64,000 nucleotides of DNA. Source: Bacteroidota bacterium (GTDB lineage: Bacteria; Bacteroidota; Bacteroidia; 2-12-FULL-35-15). Shown one piece after another: positions 30,797-39,894 of this stretch; position 1 is the first letter of the stretch; each line of letters starts with the position of its first letter. The notes under the pieces are model-generated. The model ran no database searches. It was not told the origin of the DNA and worked only from the letters and a program-made list of their open reading frames with translations. Location of the stretch: the NCBI GenBank assembly GCA_029237775.1, contig JAQZBR010000002.1:713489-777488 (forward strand). Direction: 5' to 3'. The translations under genes were made by a program, and so were the position numbers.

Positions 30797-32090
30797 TTTC
30801 AGGGGAATTGGTTTCCAGCAGATCGTCCGTGAATACCACTATCAATGAAAGTATGGTCCAGTTAAGTGGCAAAGGCATAAATATGCTGTTTGAATTACTC
30901 ATAAAAATATAGCAGCTGATAAGCAATGTCAAAATCAGATGCTCTCTTTGAAATCCTGTTTTACGCGCTGAACTAATTAGCACTTTTATGAAATACATAA
31001 AACACAGAAAGAATAAAACACCAATGACGATTCCATATTGAGTCAAAACTTCAACTACCCAGCAATGAGGTGAATCAATGCCGTCTGTTTCGTGCTTGCC
31101 TTTTCCCTGCTGCGTGTACGACATATAATTCCCGGCTCCAACACCCATTCCTTTTGATTCAATAAAGAAGTCATATCCATTCATGATCAGATTCTTCCGC
31201 AGCACCGAGCTTGGTAAACGGTCGTCCGGTTCTATCACTGTTTCCAAGATCTTTTCCTCATACACATTTTCAACTTTATGGGTCGCGAAGATCCCGGCCA
31301 TTAAAAACACAAAAATGAAAATGACCTTAAAAAAAGTCTGCTTCATGCTCTGAAGATGAAGGCCTCTGTTTTTGTAAAAGTAAAATAGCAGAAGCATTAT
31401 AACATATATAAACATTACAATATAGCCGAGCCGTGCCGAAAGAATATGCAAAAGGAAACAGCTGCACGAGGTGAGGAAGGTTAAAAGCGCAACCTTTGAA
31501 TTCTTAAGGATCAGGCCTACAAACAAAGCAATGGTTAAACATAGGAAGATCGCAAAATGATTAGGATTATCGAAAGTAAAAACGGGAACAAAATTCAGAT
31601 TATGAAATGGTTTAAGCTCGTGTAATCTATGAGTAAAATTACTCACCAAATGGTTTGCTGTATTTATTTCCCAGACTGACACGGCTAGCACAACAAAAAA
31701 AGCCTGCATCCATACCGTTACTAATTCTGTTTCAAAATCTCTGAAACCATGTTTTATGGAAACCATAAAAATAAGAGTCGCAATCCCAAAAAGAAGGTAC
31801 ATGATATCTCGGTAGGCAGCCATCTTATCGATACACCAAAAAATGGATAGAGCTGCATAGATAAGCCAGATCACCATAAAAAAGAAAGTGTATCTGGATG
31901 CTTTGTTATGAAAAAGCTTTAGCCTTCCTGTAAAAAATAAATATACAAGGCTTGCTATTAAAAGGATCCGGAAGGCATAGAGATCAACACCAAAAAAATG
32001 AAATTCAAGCATAAAGCTTCCACCAATAAGCGTAATTACAAAAAGATTCAGTAAGATCTGCTTATGGTATTTTTCTAAAAAGCTATTCAA
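30789..32090 (-). CDS. polytopic membrane protein, putative Wzy-type polymerase
   Basis: About 11-12 TM helices and no soluble domain. As the first gene of the locus it is a candidate polymerase, given that the other polytopic protein (22036..23307) is Wzy_C/ligase-like. Confidence 0.35.
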   Translation of the reverse strand: MNSFLEKYHKQILLNLFVITLIGGSFMLEFHFFGVDLYAFRILLIASLVYLFFTGRLKLFHNKASRYTFFFMVIWLIYAALSIFWCIDKMAAYRDIMYLLFGIATLIFMVSIKHGFRDFETELVTVWMQAFFVVLAVSVWEINTANHLVSNFTHRLHELKPFHNLNFVPVFTFDNPNHFAIFLCLTIALFVGLILKNSKVALLTFLTSCSCFLLHILSARLGYIVMFIYVIMLLLFYFYKNRGLHLQSMKQTFFKVIFIFVFLMAGIFATHKVENVYEEKILETVIEPDDRLPSSVLRKNLIMNGYDFFIESKGMGVGAGNYMSYTQQGKGKHETDGIDSPHCWVVEVLTQYGIVIGVLFFLCFMYFIKVLISSARKTGFQREHLILTLLISCYIFMSNSNSIFMPLPLNWTILSLIVVFTDDLLETNSPENA

Positions 32091-32109
32091 GATGCTGAAG
32101 TTTGATATT

Positions 32110-32141
32110 TAAAAAAAAGCCGAAATGGAATCATTTCGGCC
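32110..32141 (-). terminator. rho-independent terminator of rny
   Basis: On the minus strand: GCCGAAATG-attc-CATTTCGGC followed by T8. Confidence 0.75.
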
Positions 32142-32157
32142 TTTGAATATTTTATTA

Positions 32158-33699
32158 TTACTTGGCGTAATTAACTGCTCTTGTTTCTCGTATTACAGTT
32201 ACTTTCACCTGACCCGGGTAGGTCATTTCGGTTTGAATACGCTGAGAAATATCGAAGGATAATGTTTCAGAATCCTTATCTGTTACCTTGTCGCTGGATA
32301 CGATCACACGTAATTCACGTCCTGCCTGAATTGCATAAGTCTTTTCAACTCCCGGGTATGATAAAGCCAATGCCTCAAGGTCTTTCAGACGTTTGATATA
32401 TTGCTCAACTACTTCGCGTCTTGCACCGGGACGGGCACCGCTGATAGCATCACAAACCTGAACGATTGGTGCGATCAGCGTGTTCATTTCTATCTCATCG
32501 TGGTGAGCCCCGATCGCATTACACACTTCCGGTTTCTCCTTGAATTTTTCCGCAAGTTGCATACCTAAGATCGCGTGTGGAACTTCCGGTTGATCATCTG
32601 GCACCTTTCCGATATCATGTAAGAGACCGGCACGTTTCGCCATCTTCACATTTAAACCAAGCTCGGCAGCCATTGTCGCGCAAAGATTGGCAACCTCACG
32701 CGAGTGCTGTAAAAGATTCTGTCCGTAAGATGAACGGTATTTCATTCTTCCAACCATACGGATCAGCTCCGGATGTAAGCCGTGAATCCCCAGATCAATA
32801 GTCGTACGCTTTCCAATCTCGATGATCTCCTCTTCTATCTGTTTCTTCACCTTTTCTACAACCTCTTCAATACGAGCAGGGTGAATACGGCCGTCTGTTA
32901 CCAATTGGTGCAGAGATAAACGGGCGATCTCTCTTCTAACAGGATCAAATCCTGAAAGAATAATTGCTTCAGGAGTGTCATCAACAATGATCTCAATACC
33001 TGTTGCAGCTTCAAGAGCGCGGATATTACGTCCTTCACGACCAATGATTCGGCCTTTGATCTCATCATTTTCAATATTAAAAATTGAAACTGAATTCTCA
33101 ATTGCGTGCTCGGTAGCTACACGCTGGATAGTTTGAATTACTATCTTCTTAGCTTCTTTATTTGCGTTGATCTTTGCTTCTTCAACGATATCTTTAATAT
33201 GAGATAAAGCATCCGTTTTTGCTTCTGCTTTAAGGCTTTCCACAAGCTGCGCCTTAGCATCTTCAGCAGAAAGTCCGCTTAATGTTTCCAGTTGCTCCAC
33301 CTGTCTGCGGTGAAACTTCTCCACTTCCTGTTGTTTTGCTGTAACTACTTCAAGCTGATGAGTAAGGTTCTGACGAAGCGTGTCAAGCTCCGCATCTTTA
33401 CGCTGAACCTGCTCCTGTTTCTGGGAAAGTGTCTGCTCTTTTTGTTTGATACGGTTTTCAGCCTGTTGAACAAGATTGTTCTTTTCATTGATGGCTTTTT
33501 CATGTTCAGCTTTGAGCTGAAGGAATTTTTCTTTTGCCTGAAGGATCTTTTCTTTCTTTATAACTTCGGCTTCAGCTTCAGCATCCTTCAGAATTGAGTT
33601 AGCCTTGCTCTCGTTTGATTTTTTTATCATTAAAAAGGCGACAAAGGCACCAAGCCCTGCACCGATTAAAATTCCTGCTATGATCAGTATTGTGTTCAT
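32158..33699 (-). CDS. rny: ribonuclease Y
   Basis: N-terminal TM anchor, a coiled-coil region, a KH domain ('[15 protein letters not shown]') and an HD domain ('HSREVANL...LLHDIGK'). Confidence 0.9.
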   Translation of the reverse strand: MNTILIIAGILIGAGLGAFVAFLMIKKSNESKANSILKDAEAEAEVIKKEKILQAKEKFLQLKAEHEKAINEKNNLVQQAENRIKQKEQTLSQKQEQVQRKDAELDTLRQNLTHQLEVVTAKQQEVEKFHRRQVEQLETLSGLSAEDAKAQLVESLKAEAKTDALSHIKDIVEEAKINANKEAKKIVIQTIQRVATEHAIENSVSIFNIENDEIKGRIIGREGRNIRALEAATGIEIIVDDTPEAIILSGFDPVRREIARLSLHQLVTDGRIHPARIEEVVEKVKKQIEEEIIEIGKRTTIDLGIHGLHPELIRMVGRMKYRSSYGQNLLQHSREVANLCATMAAELGLNVKMAKRAGLLHDIGKVPDDQPEVPHAILGMQLAEKFKEKPEVCNAIGAHHDEIEMNTLIAPIVQVCDAISGARPGARREVVEQYIKRLKDLEALALSYPGVEKTYAIQAGRELRVIVSSDKVTDKDSETLSFDISQRIQTEMTYPGQVKVTVIRETRAVNYAK

Positions 33700-33723
33700 A
33701 AATAAGTTTAATTAAACGTTCAT

Positions 33724-33770
33724 AAAAAATCCCGCAATGTTCTTCAAAGCCAATATTATGGTTTTGCGGG
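33724..33770 (-). terminator. possible terminator/attenuator hairpin between zapA and rny
   Basis: On the minus strand: CCCGCAA...TTGCGGG with a 26-nt loop, followed by ATTTTTTAT. Confidence 0.35.
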
Positions 33771-33829
33771 TAACCCCTGAACTATTACGGGAAAATGTTG
33801 TTTACAATTGATTGTTAAGAAAATGTAAA

Positions 33830-34120
33830 CTAGATCGAATCGTCTTCTTTCTGAAGGTAGTCTGAAACAAAAAGGTCGAGCTGATTAAGCTCATCCTGGT
33901 CCGGAGTTTTTTTAGGAGCATTCTGTTGAGTTGCAAGCAAATTCAAAGCGCTCATTGCAAGAAGATCCTGCTTGTCACGCACTGAGTAGTTGACCTCAAA
34001 TTCTTTCACCTTATCGTTGATCATTCTCGCGGCATTTTGCACAGCCTGTTCATCCTCTTCCTTTACAGTTAAAGGGTACGTGCGTCCAGCGATCTGAATT
34101 TTTAACGATACTTCAGCCAT
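33830..34120 (-). CDS. zapA: cell division protein ZapA
   Basis: 96 aa with a 'IQIAGRTYPLTVKEEDEQ...' ZapA-like N-terminus. Confidence 0.6.
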   Translation of the reverse strand: MAEVSLKIQIAGRTYPLTVKEEDEQAVQNAARMINDKVKEFEVNYSVRDKQDLLAMSALNLLATQQNAPKKTPDQDELNQLDLFVSDYLQKEDDSI

Positions 34121-34188
34121 TGTATAGTTTCAGGTTTAAAGTTACATGTCCGGCATAAACCGGGATCTGCAACTTGAAACTTTTTGAT

Positions 34189-34479
34189 TTACTTCAAAAG
34201 AGCGATGCAATCATCTATTTCCTGCACTAGCTCATTAATCTTCAATTTCGTATCTGTAATTATAGTGTTCTGTTCTTCGGATTTGCGCTGCTCAAGCTCT
34301 TCATTATTTCTTTGCAATGATTCAATCGTTGCCTTTTGTTCTTCGACAGTTTGCAGCAGTTTAACTTTTTCAGCAGCCAACGAATCGTTTTCCTGTTTCA
34401 ATTGCTGATGCAATTTCACCAATTTTTCGATCTTTCCTTTCAGGTCTGTAATTGTTGGAGCTAAATCATTCATAATCAA
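34189..34479 (-). CDS. hypothetical coiled-coil protein (ZapB-like partner of ZapA?)
   Basis: 96 aa, almost entirely heptad-repeat coiled coil (E/K/Q/L-rich). Immediately upstream of zapA. Confidence 0.4.
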   Translation of the reverse strand: MIMNDLAPTITDLKGKIEKLVKLHQQLKQENDSLAAEKVKLLQTVEEQKATIESLQRNNEELEQRKSEEQNTIITDTKLKINELVQEIDDCIALLK

Positions 34480-34601
34480 TAGTTAATGTCTTTACGTGAT
34501 TTTGCACAAATATATATAATAATTCCTAAATTCTTAAAGAATTTCTAATTTACCGGAAGAAGCCAAGCACCTTTTTAGCCCTCAAAATTCCTTTATTCCT
34601 C

Positions 34602-34609
34602 TATCTTTG
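34602..34609 (+). promoter_or_regulatory. -7 promoter box TATCTTTG, 5 nt upstream of the M23 peptidase ATG (near-leaderless)
   Basis: Exact TAnnTTTG match in a divergent intergenic region. Confidence 0.4.
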
Positions 34610-34614
34610 CGCGC

Positions 34615-36342
34615 ATGAACAAAAATCCGGTCCTCATTTTTGTTTTCCTGTTTCTATCATGCCTGGCGGGTGCTCAAAACACCTATCCCCGTGATTATTT
34701 TCGCTCTCCAGTTGATACAACTCTTGCCCTGGCCGGAAATTTCGGGGAGATCAGGCCAAATCATTTTCATGCGGGTTTTGACGTTAAGACCAATGGCAGA
34801 GAGGGAATGCCGATATATGCTGCGGCCGATGGCTACATTTCCAGGATAAAATTGTCTCCTTACGGATATGGAAAGTCATTGTACATAGTACATCCGAATG
34901 GTTACACAAGCGTTTATGGCCACTTAAAAAGCTTCGAACCTTTGATCGCCCAATTCGCGAAAGCGGTTCAATACTCTTTAAGTTCCAATGAAATTGACAC
35001 ACTCTTAAATCCTAATTCCTTACCTGTACGAAAAGGCCAGTTTATAGGATTTTCGGGCAATACGGGAGGATCACAGGGACCACACCTGCATTTTGAGATC
35101 AGGGAGACAAAAACGGAACAACCTGTAAATCCATATTATTTCGGCTATAAGATCGAAGACACTTCGAGGCCGAAAATAACAGCTATCGCTATATATCCTT
35201 TAAGCGGCACTTCTTCCGTAAATGGAAAGCATAGCATTAAGAAACTAAAGCCATCTGTTGCTAACGGCAAATATTTTTTATCAAAAACGGATTCTATTAC
35301 CGTCAATGGCCTGATCGGCTTCGGTATTGAAACTTATGATACCGAGAACCGGTCCTCCAATCAAAATGGTGTATTCTCCATTGAATTGCAATCCGGGGGA
35401 AAGAGGATTTATTATCACGAGCTGGAGAAATTCAGTTTTGAAAATGCACGATATGTGAACACGCACATTGATTACGAAGAAAAACAAAAGCACAATAATA
35501 AGATACAGAAATGTTTTCTTTCGAAGAACAATAAGCTCACAATTTATAAAGATGTTATAAATAACGGAATATTAAATTTCACAGATGATTCCATTCATTG
35601 GATCAGGTATATCGTCAAAGACTTTCAGGGCAACACCTCTGAGCTGATGCTAAAAGTCAGAAGCACATCAAAAATAAAAGTTGTTGCAGCGCTTGTGGAA
35701 CCTACGGAGCCTGTATTCGATTGTTCGAAAGAAAATAATTTCCAGAAAGAAGATCTTCAGCTTACATTTCCTGCAAATGCTTTTTATGATGATGTTGCTT
35801 TCAAATACAAAAAATCACCTCAGTCAAAAGGAACATATTCAGCTCTTCATAAAATCATGTCTCCCAATGTGGCCTTACAAAAAGCTTATACGTTAAGCAT
35901 AAAACCAGATTACATTCCTGAAAAACTGCATTCAAAAGTATGCATCGTTGCTGTTAATGAGAAAGGAGGCCGTTCATACGAAGGAGGGATGTACAAAGAG
36001 GGAATGGTCACAACAAAAACCAAAAACTTTGGAACTTTCGCCATAGCTACCGACACTGTTCCTCCTAAGATCAGAACCTTATTTAAATATACGAAGGAGG
36101 CTGCAGTGGATCTGAGCCATGCGACAACGATCAATGTTATAGCTACAGACAACCTCAGCGGAATAAAAAAATACACGGCTAAAATTGACGGTAACTGGGT
36201 GCCCTGCGAATACGAGTTCAAAAAAGATCTGATCTTCTATACGTTTGGTGATTTTCTCGCAGATCGTGTTCATACCTTTGAAATAACAGTGACTGACGAT
36301 AAAGAGAACAGCTCAACATTGCTGTTCACCTTTAAACGATAA
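34615..36342 (+). CDS. M23 family metallopeptidase with a long C-terminal extension
   Basis: Signal peptide plus M23 motifs 'HFHAGFD', 'GNTGGSQGPHLHFEIRE' and 'HxH'. 575 aa. Confidence 0.8.
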   Translation: MNKNPVLIFVFLFLSCLAGAQNTYPRDYFRSPVDTTLALAGNFGEIRPNHFHAGFDVKTNGREGMPIYAAADGYISRIKLSPYGYGKSLYIVHPNGYTSVYGHLKSFEPLIAQFAKAVQYSLSSNEIDTLLNPNSLPVRKGQFIGFSGNTGGSQGPHLHFEIRETKTEQPVNPYYFGYKIEDTSRPKITAIAIYPLSGTSSVNGKHSIKKLKPSVANGKYFLSKTDSITVNGLIGFGIETYDTENRSSNQNGVFSIELQSGGKRIYYHELEKFSFENARYVNTHIDYEEKQKHNNKIQKCFLSKNNKLTIYKDVINNGILNFTDDSIHWIRYIVKDFQGNTSELMLKVRSTSKIKVVAALVEPTEPVFDCSKENNFQKEDLQLTFPANAFYDDVAFKYKKSPQSKGTYSALHKIMSPNVALQKAYTLSIKPDYIPEKLHSKVCIVAVNEKGGRSYEGGMYKEGMVTTKTKNFGTFAIATDTVPPKIRTLFKYTKEAAVDLSHATTINVIATDNLSGIKKYTAKIDGNWVPCEYEFKKDLIFYTFGDFLADRVHTFEITVTDDKENSSTLLFTFKR

Positions 36343-36343
36343 T

Positions 36344-37027
36344 ATGGAACATATTCTTTTACTTCACGGAGCCATTGGCGCAAAAAACCAGCTAGAAACT
36401 ATATCTGCAGGGCTACAGAATAATTTCATTGTACATACCCTTGATTTCAGCGGCCACGGCTCTGCAGCAATGTCTGATAAATTCTCAATACCAGGTTTTG
36501 CAGAAGACGTGATAAAATACCTGGAATCAAATAAAATAGAAAGTATAAATATCTTTGGATATAGCATGGGAGGATATGTTGCATTATACCTTGCAGCACG
36601 TCATCCTGAGAAAGTTAGAAGTGTTTTTACATTCGCCACTAAATTTCTCTGGACTCCGGAAATCGCGTTAAAAGAAATTAAAATGCTGGATCCCGAAAAG
36701 ATCTCGGAGAAGCTGCCTGCCTTTGCGGCTATACTGAAAAAGCGCCACTCAGCTAACGGCTGGAAAATTGTCCTTCAAAAAACACAGGAAATGATGGTTG
36801 AAATGGGCCAGACAAATCCTTTAACTGAAAGTGATCTTGAAAAGATAGAACAACGTATTCTGATCGGTATTGGCGATCGGGATACGATGGTGACTTTGGA
36901 AGAAACAATAAATGTTTATCGCCAACTACGAAATGCTAGTCTCGTAGTTTTTCCTGAAACTCAGCATCCCATTGAAAAAGTTGATCAGAGCAGGCTTACT
37001 GCAGAAATAGTCCTTTTCTTCAGATAA
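36344..37027 (+). CDS. alpha/beta hydrolase
   Basis: 'LLLHGAIG' and the nucleophile elbow 'GYSMGG'. Starts 1 nt after the peptidase stop. Confidence 0.7.
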   Translation: MEHILLLHGAIGAKNQLETISAGLQNNFIVHTLDFSGHGSAAMSDKFSIPGFAEDVIKYLESNKIESINIFGYSMGGYVALYLAARHPEKVRSVFTFATKFLWTPEIALKEIKMLDPEKISEKLPAFAAILKKRHSANGWKIVLQKTQEMMVEMGQTNPLTESDLEKIEQRILIGIGDRDTMVTLEETINVYRQLRNASLVVFPETQHPIEKVDQSRLTAEIVLFFR

Positions 37028-37042
37028 TCTCTATAGAAAGCC

Positions 37043-37750
37043 CTATTCTTTTACCTCGTGATGCAGGGACTCTTCAGCAACCTGCTTAATTACATGTTCT
37101 GAAGCTTCATCTCCGAGATATTTTTCAATAGCAGCATGTCCGACATAGATCAGAGGTGTCAAGCAAATGGCAATAATTAACTTGAAGGTATATCCGGTTA
37201 AAGCTGCATTGAGAAAAACCGCGGTAGTCATTTTACCGGGTAACCAGAATGCAATTCCCAGAACAACAAATGTATCTATGAGCTGGGAGATAATAGTGGA
37301 TCCGGTGCTTCTGAGCCACATCATCTTCCCTCCCGTTCTATCCCGAAGAATCCAGAAAATGGAAACGTCAATAAACTGAGAAAATAAAAAAGCAACAAGG
37401 CTTCCTACAATGATCCAGAGACTTTGTCCGAACACTGCATAAAACTGTTCATCTGTCACAGCAGAAATTCCAACTGCTGCAGGAACATTGATCGCAAATA
37501 AAAGAATCAGAAACGCATAGGCAATTAGCGCGGCCGTGATCAGGGATAATTTCCGGACTCCGGTTCTTCCGTAATATTCATTGATAAGGTCCGTGGATAA
37601 AAAAACAACCGGCCAGGGAATAATTCCAATGCTCATTATAAACGGACCAATATGGATCAGCTTACCTCCGATAAGTTCAGCGACAACGGCATTGGTGATA
37701 AATAAACCGGCAAGTATTATAAAAACGAGTTCTCTTTTTGTTTTAAACAT
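37043..37750 (-). CDS. queuosine precursor transporter (YhhQ/VUT family, DUF165)
   Basis: Six TM helices. Conserved YhhQ-family segments such as 'PWPVVFLSTDLINEYYG' and 'DTFVVLGIAF'. Confidence 0.65.
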   Translation of the reverse strand: MFKTKRELVFIILAGLFITNAVVAELIGGKLIHIGPFIMSIGIIPWPVVFLSTDLINEYYGRTGVRKLSLITAALIAYAFLILLFAINVPAAVGISAVTDEQFYAVFGQSLWIIVGSLVAFLFSQFIDVSIFWILRDRTGGKMMWLRSTGSTIISQLIDTFVVLGIAFWLPGKMTTAVFLNAALTGYTFKLIIAICLTPLIYVGHAAIEKYLGDEASEHVIKQVAEESLHHEVKE

Positions 37751-37754
37751 ACAG

Positions 37755-37795
37755 GTACAGATAACGAATTTTTACGAATTTACAAATCTGTGTTT
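37755..37795 (+). repeat. intergenic hairpin repeat, copy B (degenerate)
   Basis: GTACAGATAACGAATTTTTACGAATTTACAAATCTGTG fills the 59-nt bioA-yhhQ spacer. Confidence 0.55.
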
Positions 37796-37809
37796 GTTTA
37801 TCCTGAGAA

Positions 37810-39081
37810 TTACATATTCTCCAAAAATTCCTCAATTGCGTTATAAATATAATTCAGATCCTCGTTGCTGATACAATATGGAGGCAGCACATAAAAAACA
37901 TTTCCCAATGGACGAAGGATGATCCCTCTTTCAATAAAAAATTGTGAAATGTGTTCTGAAACAGAATTCAGATAATGCGTATGCTCATTCGTTTTTAATT
38001 CAAACGCGAGAACGGTCCCCATTTGCCTTATATCAGCTAGCGCTTTATGGCTTTTTATCTTATAATAAAATTCAGAATGCTTTATACTGATCCTATCAAT
38101 ATTCTCAAATGCTTCCGGCTTATCGAAGAGATCCAGACTTGCCAGCGCAGCTGAACATGCCGTAGTGTTCGCAGTATAAGAATGTCCGTGAAAAAATGTC
38201 TTCATCTTATCGTCACTTAAAAAAGCATTGTAGATATACTCCGCACAGCTGGTTGCACCAAGCGGCATTACACCGCCCGTGATTCCTTTGCTCATACAGA
38301 TAATATCCGGCTTATGAGTTAAATGATCACTTGCAAAGAATTTACCCGTCCGGCCGAAACCGGTCATCACCTCATCTGCAATTGTAATAACGTTTTTTCT
38401 GCCGCATTGTTCGATCAGCTTATCAAGCGCTTCTGCCTCATACATAACCATTCCGCCTGCACCTTGTATCAACGGCTCGAAAATAAAAGATGCAACCTCC
38501 TCATCTTCCAAGGCTTTAGCAAGTGCATTCAAACTTTCATTTTCCCTGCCTTTCACTGGTACAGGAATGGTGATCACATCAAACAGTAATTTTGAAAAGG
38601 GTAAATTGAAAGCATTCCTAGCTCCCACACTCATTCCTCCGAATGTATCACCATGGTAAGCATTTTCAAAAGCTATCACCTTGGTCCTTGAGATATCTTT
38701 GTTGCTCCAGTATTGAAATGCCATTTTTAGTGACACCTCAACAGCTGTAGAGCCATTATCAGAATAAAATATCTTCGATTGATTATCAGGAAGCCGTTGC
38801 AATAAACGCTCTGCCAGCTGAACAGCTGGTTCATGCGTAAATCCTGAGAAAATGGCATGCTCCAGTATATTTAATTGCTCTGAGATCTTTTGTGCAAGGT
38901 ATGGATGGCTGTGTCCGTGAATGTTTACCCACCAGCTGGAGATCCCATCAATATATCTTTTTCCTTTATCATCATAAAAATACGACCCCTCGCCTTTAAC
39001 AATAGCAATCGGCAATGGTGCAACCTTGATTTGTGTAAAGGGATGCCATACAACATTCTTATCTCTTTCCTGAATGGTCAT
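37810..39081 (-). CDS. bioA: adenosylmethionine-8-amino-7-oxononanoate aminotransferase
   Basis: Class-III aminotransferase, 423 aa, last gene of a bioB-bioF-bioD-bioA run. Confidence 0.85.
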   Translation of the reverse strand: MTIQERDKNVVWHPFTQIKVAPLPIAIVKGEGSYFYDDKGKRYIDGISSWWVNIHGHSHPYLAQKISEQLNILEHAIFSGFTHEPAVQLAERLLQRLPDNQSKIFYSDNGSTAVEVSLKMAFQYWSNKDISRTKVIAFENAYHGDTFGGMSVGARNAFNLPFSKLLFDVITIPVPVKGRENESLNALAKALEDEEVASFIFEPLIQGAGGMVMYEAEALDKLIEQCGRKNVITIADEVMTGFGRTGKFFASDHLTHKPDIICMSKGITGGVMPLGATSCAEYIYNAFLSDDKMKTFFHGHSYTANTTACSAALASLDLFDKPEAFENIDRISIKHSEFYYKIKSHKALADIRQMGTVLAFELKTNEHTHYLNSVSEHISQFFIERGIILRPLGNVFYVLPPYCISNEDLNYIYNAIEEFLENM

Positions 39082-39146
39082 AGTGTTTTTCTGGATAGGA
39101 TAAATATCGCAATTTTCATTAGAGGAAGTAAAAGAGATTTCAGGAA

Positions 39147-39181
39147 ATAAAAAAAGCGAAGAATATTCTTCGCTTTTTTAT
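39147..39181. terminator. palindromic hairpin with flanking A/T runs inside the bio operon (between bioD and bioA)
   Basis: A8, then GCGAAGAATATTCTTCGC (perfect 18-bp palindrome), then TTTTTTA. Confidence 0.55.
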
Positions 39182-39193
39182 GTTGTAGGCCTT

Positions 39194-39820
39194 TTAAACA
39201 GCTACTGCATTGAGATATTCAAATTCCTTAGCATATGTTTTTATGACCATTGAGTTTAAGTCTTTCTCCTTATTAATTCTTCCTAAAACTTTCAACCCGC
39301 AATAGTCAATAATAATTTCCTGAGATAACTGATGTGGAGGGCCATTGAACACAACCCCCAGAATTTTTAAGCCTCTGTGTTTTAAAGCATCGATCGAAAG
39401 TAACGTGTGGTTAATGCTCCCAAGGTAATTTTGAATAACCAAAACCACCTCTGCATCAAATTGCTCGATCATGTCGATCATAAATTCGGTGCGATTCAGG
39501 GGAACCATCAAGCCTCCGGCACCTTCGATGATCAGAGTGTTTTCAGTTATCGGAACATGCAGATCACAAAGCCTGATCTGAACATCTTCAAGTTCAGCAG
39601 CAGCGTGGGGCGACATGTATTGTTTTAATAAGTATCCTTCCGGATGGAATTTACTTTCTGTGTTTGATACCCATTTCTGAACTTTGGCTGTATCGGTGGA
39701 AAAAAAACTTCCCGTCTGGACTGGTTTCCAGTAATCAGCTTTCAGAGCTTCGACAAGTACAGATGAAACAACCGTTTTCCCAACATCGGTTCCAATTCCG
39801 GTTACAAATAATTTTCTCAT
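39194..39820 (-). CDS. bioD: dethiobiotin synthase
   Basis: 'FVTGIGTDVGKT' P-loop. 208 aa. Confidence 0.85.
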   Translation of the reverse strand: MRKLFVTGIGTDVGKTVVSSVLVEALKADYWKPVQTGSFFSTDTAKVQKWVSNTESKFHPEGYLLKQYMSPHAAAELEDVQIRLCDLHVPITENTLIIEGAGGLMVPLNRTEFMIDMIEQFDAEVVLVIQNYLGSINHTLLSIDALKHRGLKILGVVFNGPPHQLSQEIIIDYCGLKVLGRINKEKDLNSMVIKTYAKEFEYLNAVAV

Positions 39821-39894
39821 AGCAGGTTTTTACTTCTGTGTTTAACGAAAATATAAAAATTTTGTTACCGAAAATTAAAGTCACCAATCAGTTT

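Noticed and set aside
33700-33829. A 6S RNA (ssrS) downstream of zapA, as in proteobacteria.
   Set aside because: The spacer is only ~130 nt and shows no long imperfect duplex with a central bubble.
37751-37809. A preQ1 riboswitch upstream of the YhhQ transporter.
   Set aside because: The leader does not match the preQ1-I minimal hairpin plus A-rich tail consensus. It is instead occupied by the dispersed hairpin repeat. Only an Infernal scan could settle this.
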